Source: Chiloscyllium plagiosum (lineage: Eukaryota). Taken from it: DNA of 64,000 nucleotides. Made by a program: the position numbers and the translations under genes. Positions 63,893 through 64,000 of the stretch are shown here, in pieces. Under the pieces are notes generated by a model. It saw nothing but the letters and a program-made list of their open reading frames with translations, had not been told where the DNA came from and did no database searches. Position 1 is the stretch's first letter. Each line of letters opens with the position of its first letter. The stretch lies in NCBI RefSeq assembly GCF_004010195.1, contig NC_057720.1, positions 8,552,688 to 8,616,687 of the forward strand, read 5' to 3'.

Positions 63893-64000
63893 CAGGGACT
63901 TTGGCCGTTTAGGTATAACCAGTATTATAATCAGAGGCTGGGGATGAGACACCTGACCTCAGCAGGATCTCAAATTAGAATCTTCATTCTCATTACAAGA

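Overview
This window is repeat-dense vertebrate genomic DNA. The repeat set (HE1-type V-SINEs, HER1/CR1 LINEs, a SacSINE1/DeuSINE-like copy, Rex1/Babar, Penelope-like elements) points to a shark or other elasmobranch; this is an inference. Most of the window appears to be intronic to one plus-strand protein-coding gene that I cannot name. Six phase-compatible internal exons are visible: 2105-2162, 2820-3056, 12459-12529, 20288-20418, 26861-26909 and 56871-56971. The rest is layered transposon debris: two long CR1 LINEs with an SGNH-esterase ORF1, many CR1, Rex1 and L2-group fragments, three related solo LTRs with 4-bp TSDs, a Tigger/pogo fossil, a TIR-bounded MITE, and a Rex1-tailed non-coding element carrying a 47/48-bp minisatellite. 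The most notable signal is more than 20 short Penelope-like terminal-repeat insertions from at least four families. Many are palindromic with 8-16 bp TSDs, and the better-preserved copies carry a minimal hammerhead-ribozyme core. One of them duplicated the splice acceptor of a putative host exon. There are two assembly gaps (16145-16388, 47604-47757). Repeat boundaries without a cited TSD are approximate.
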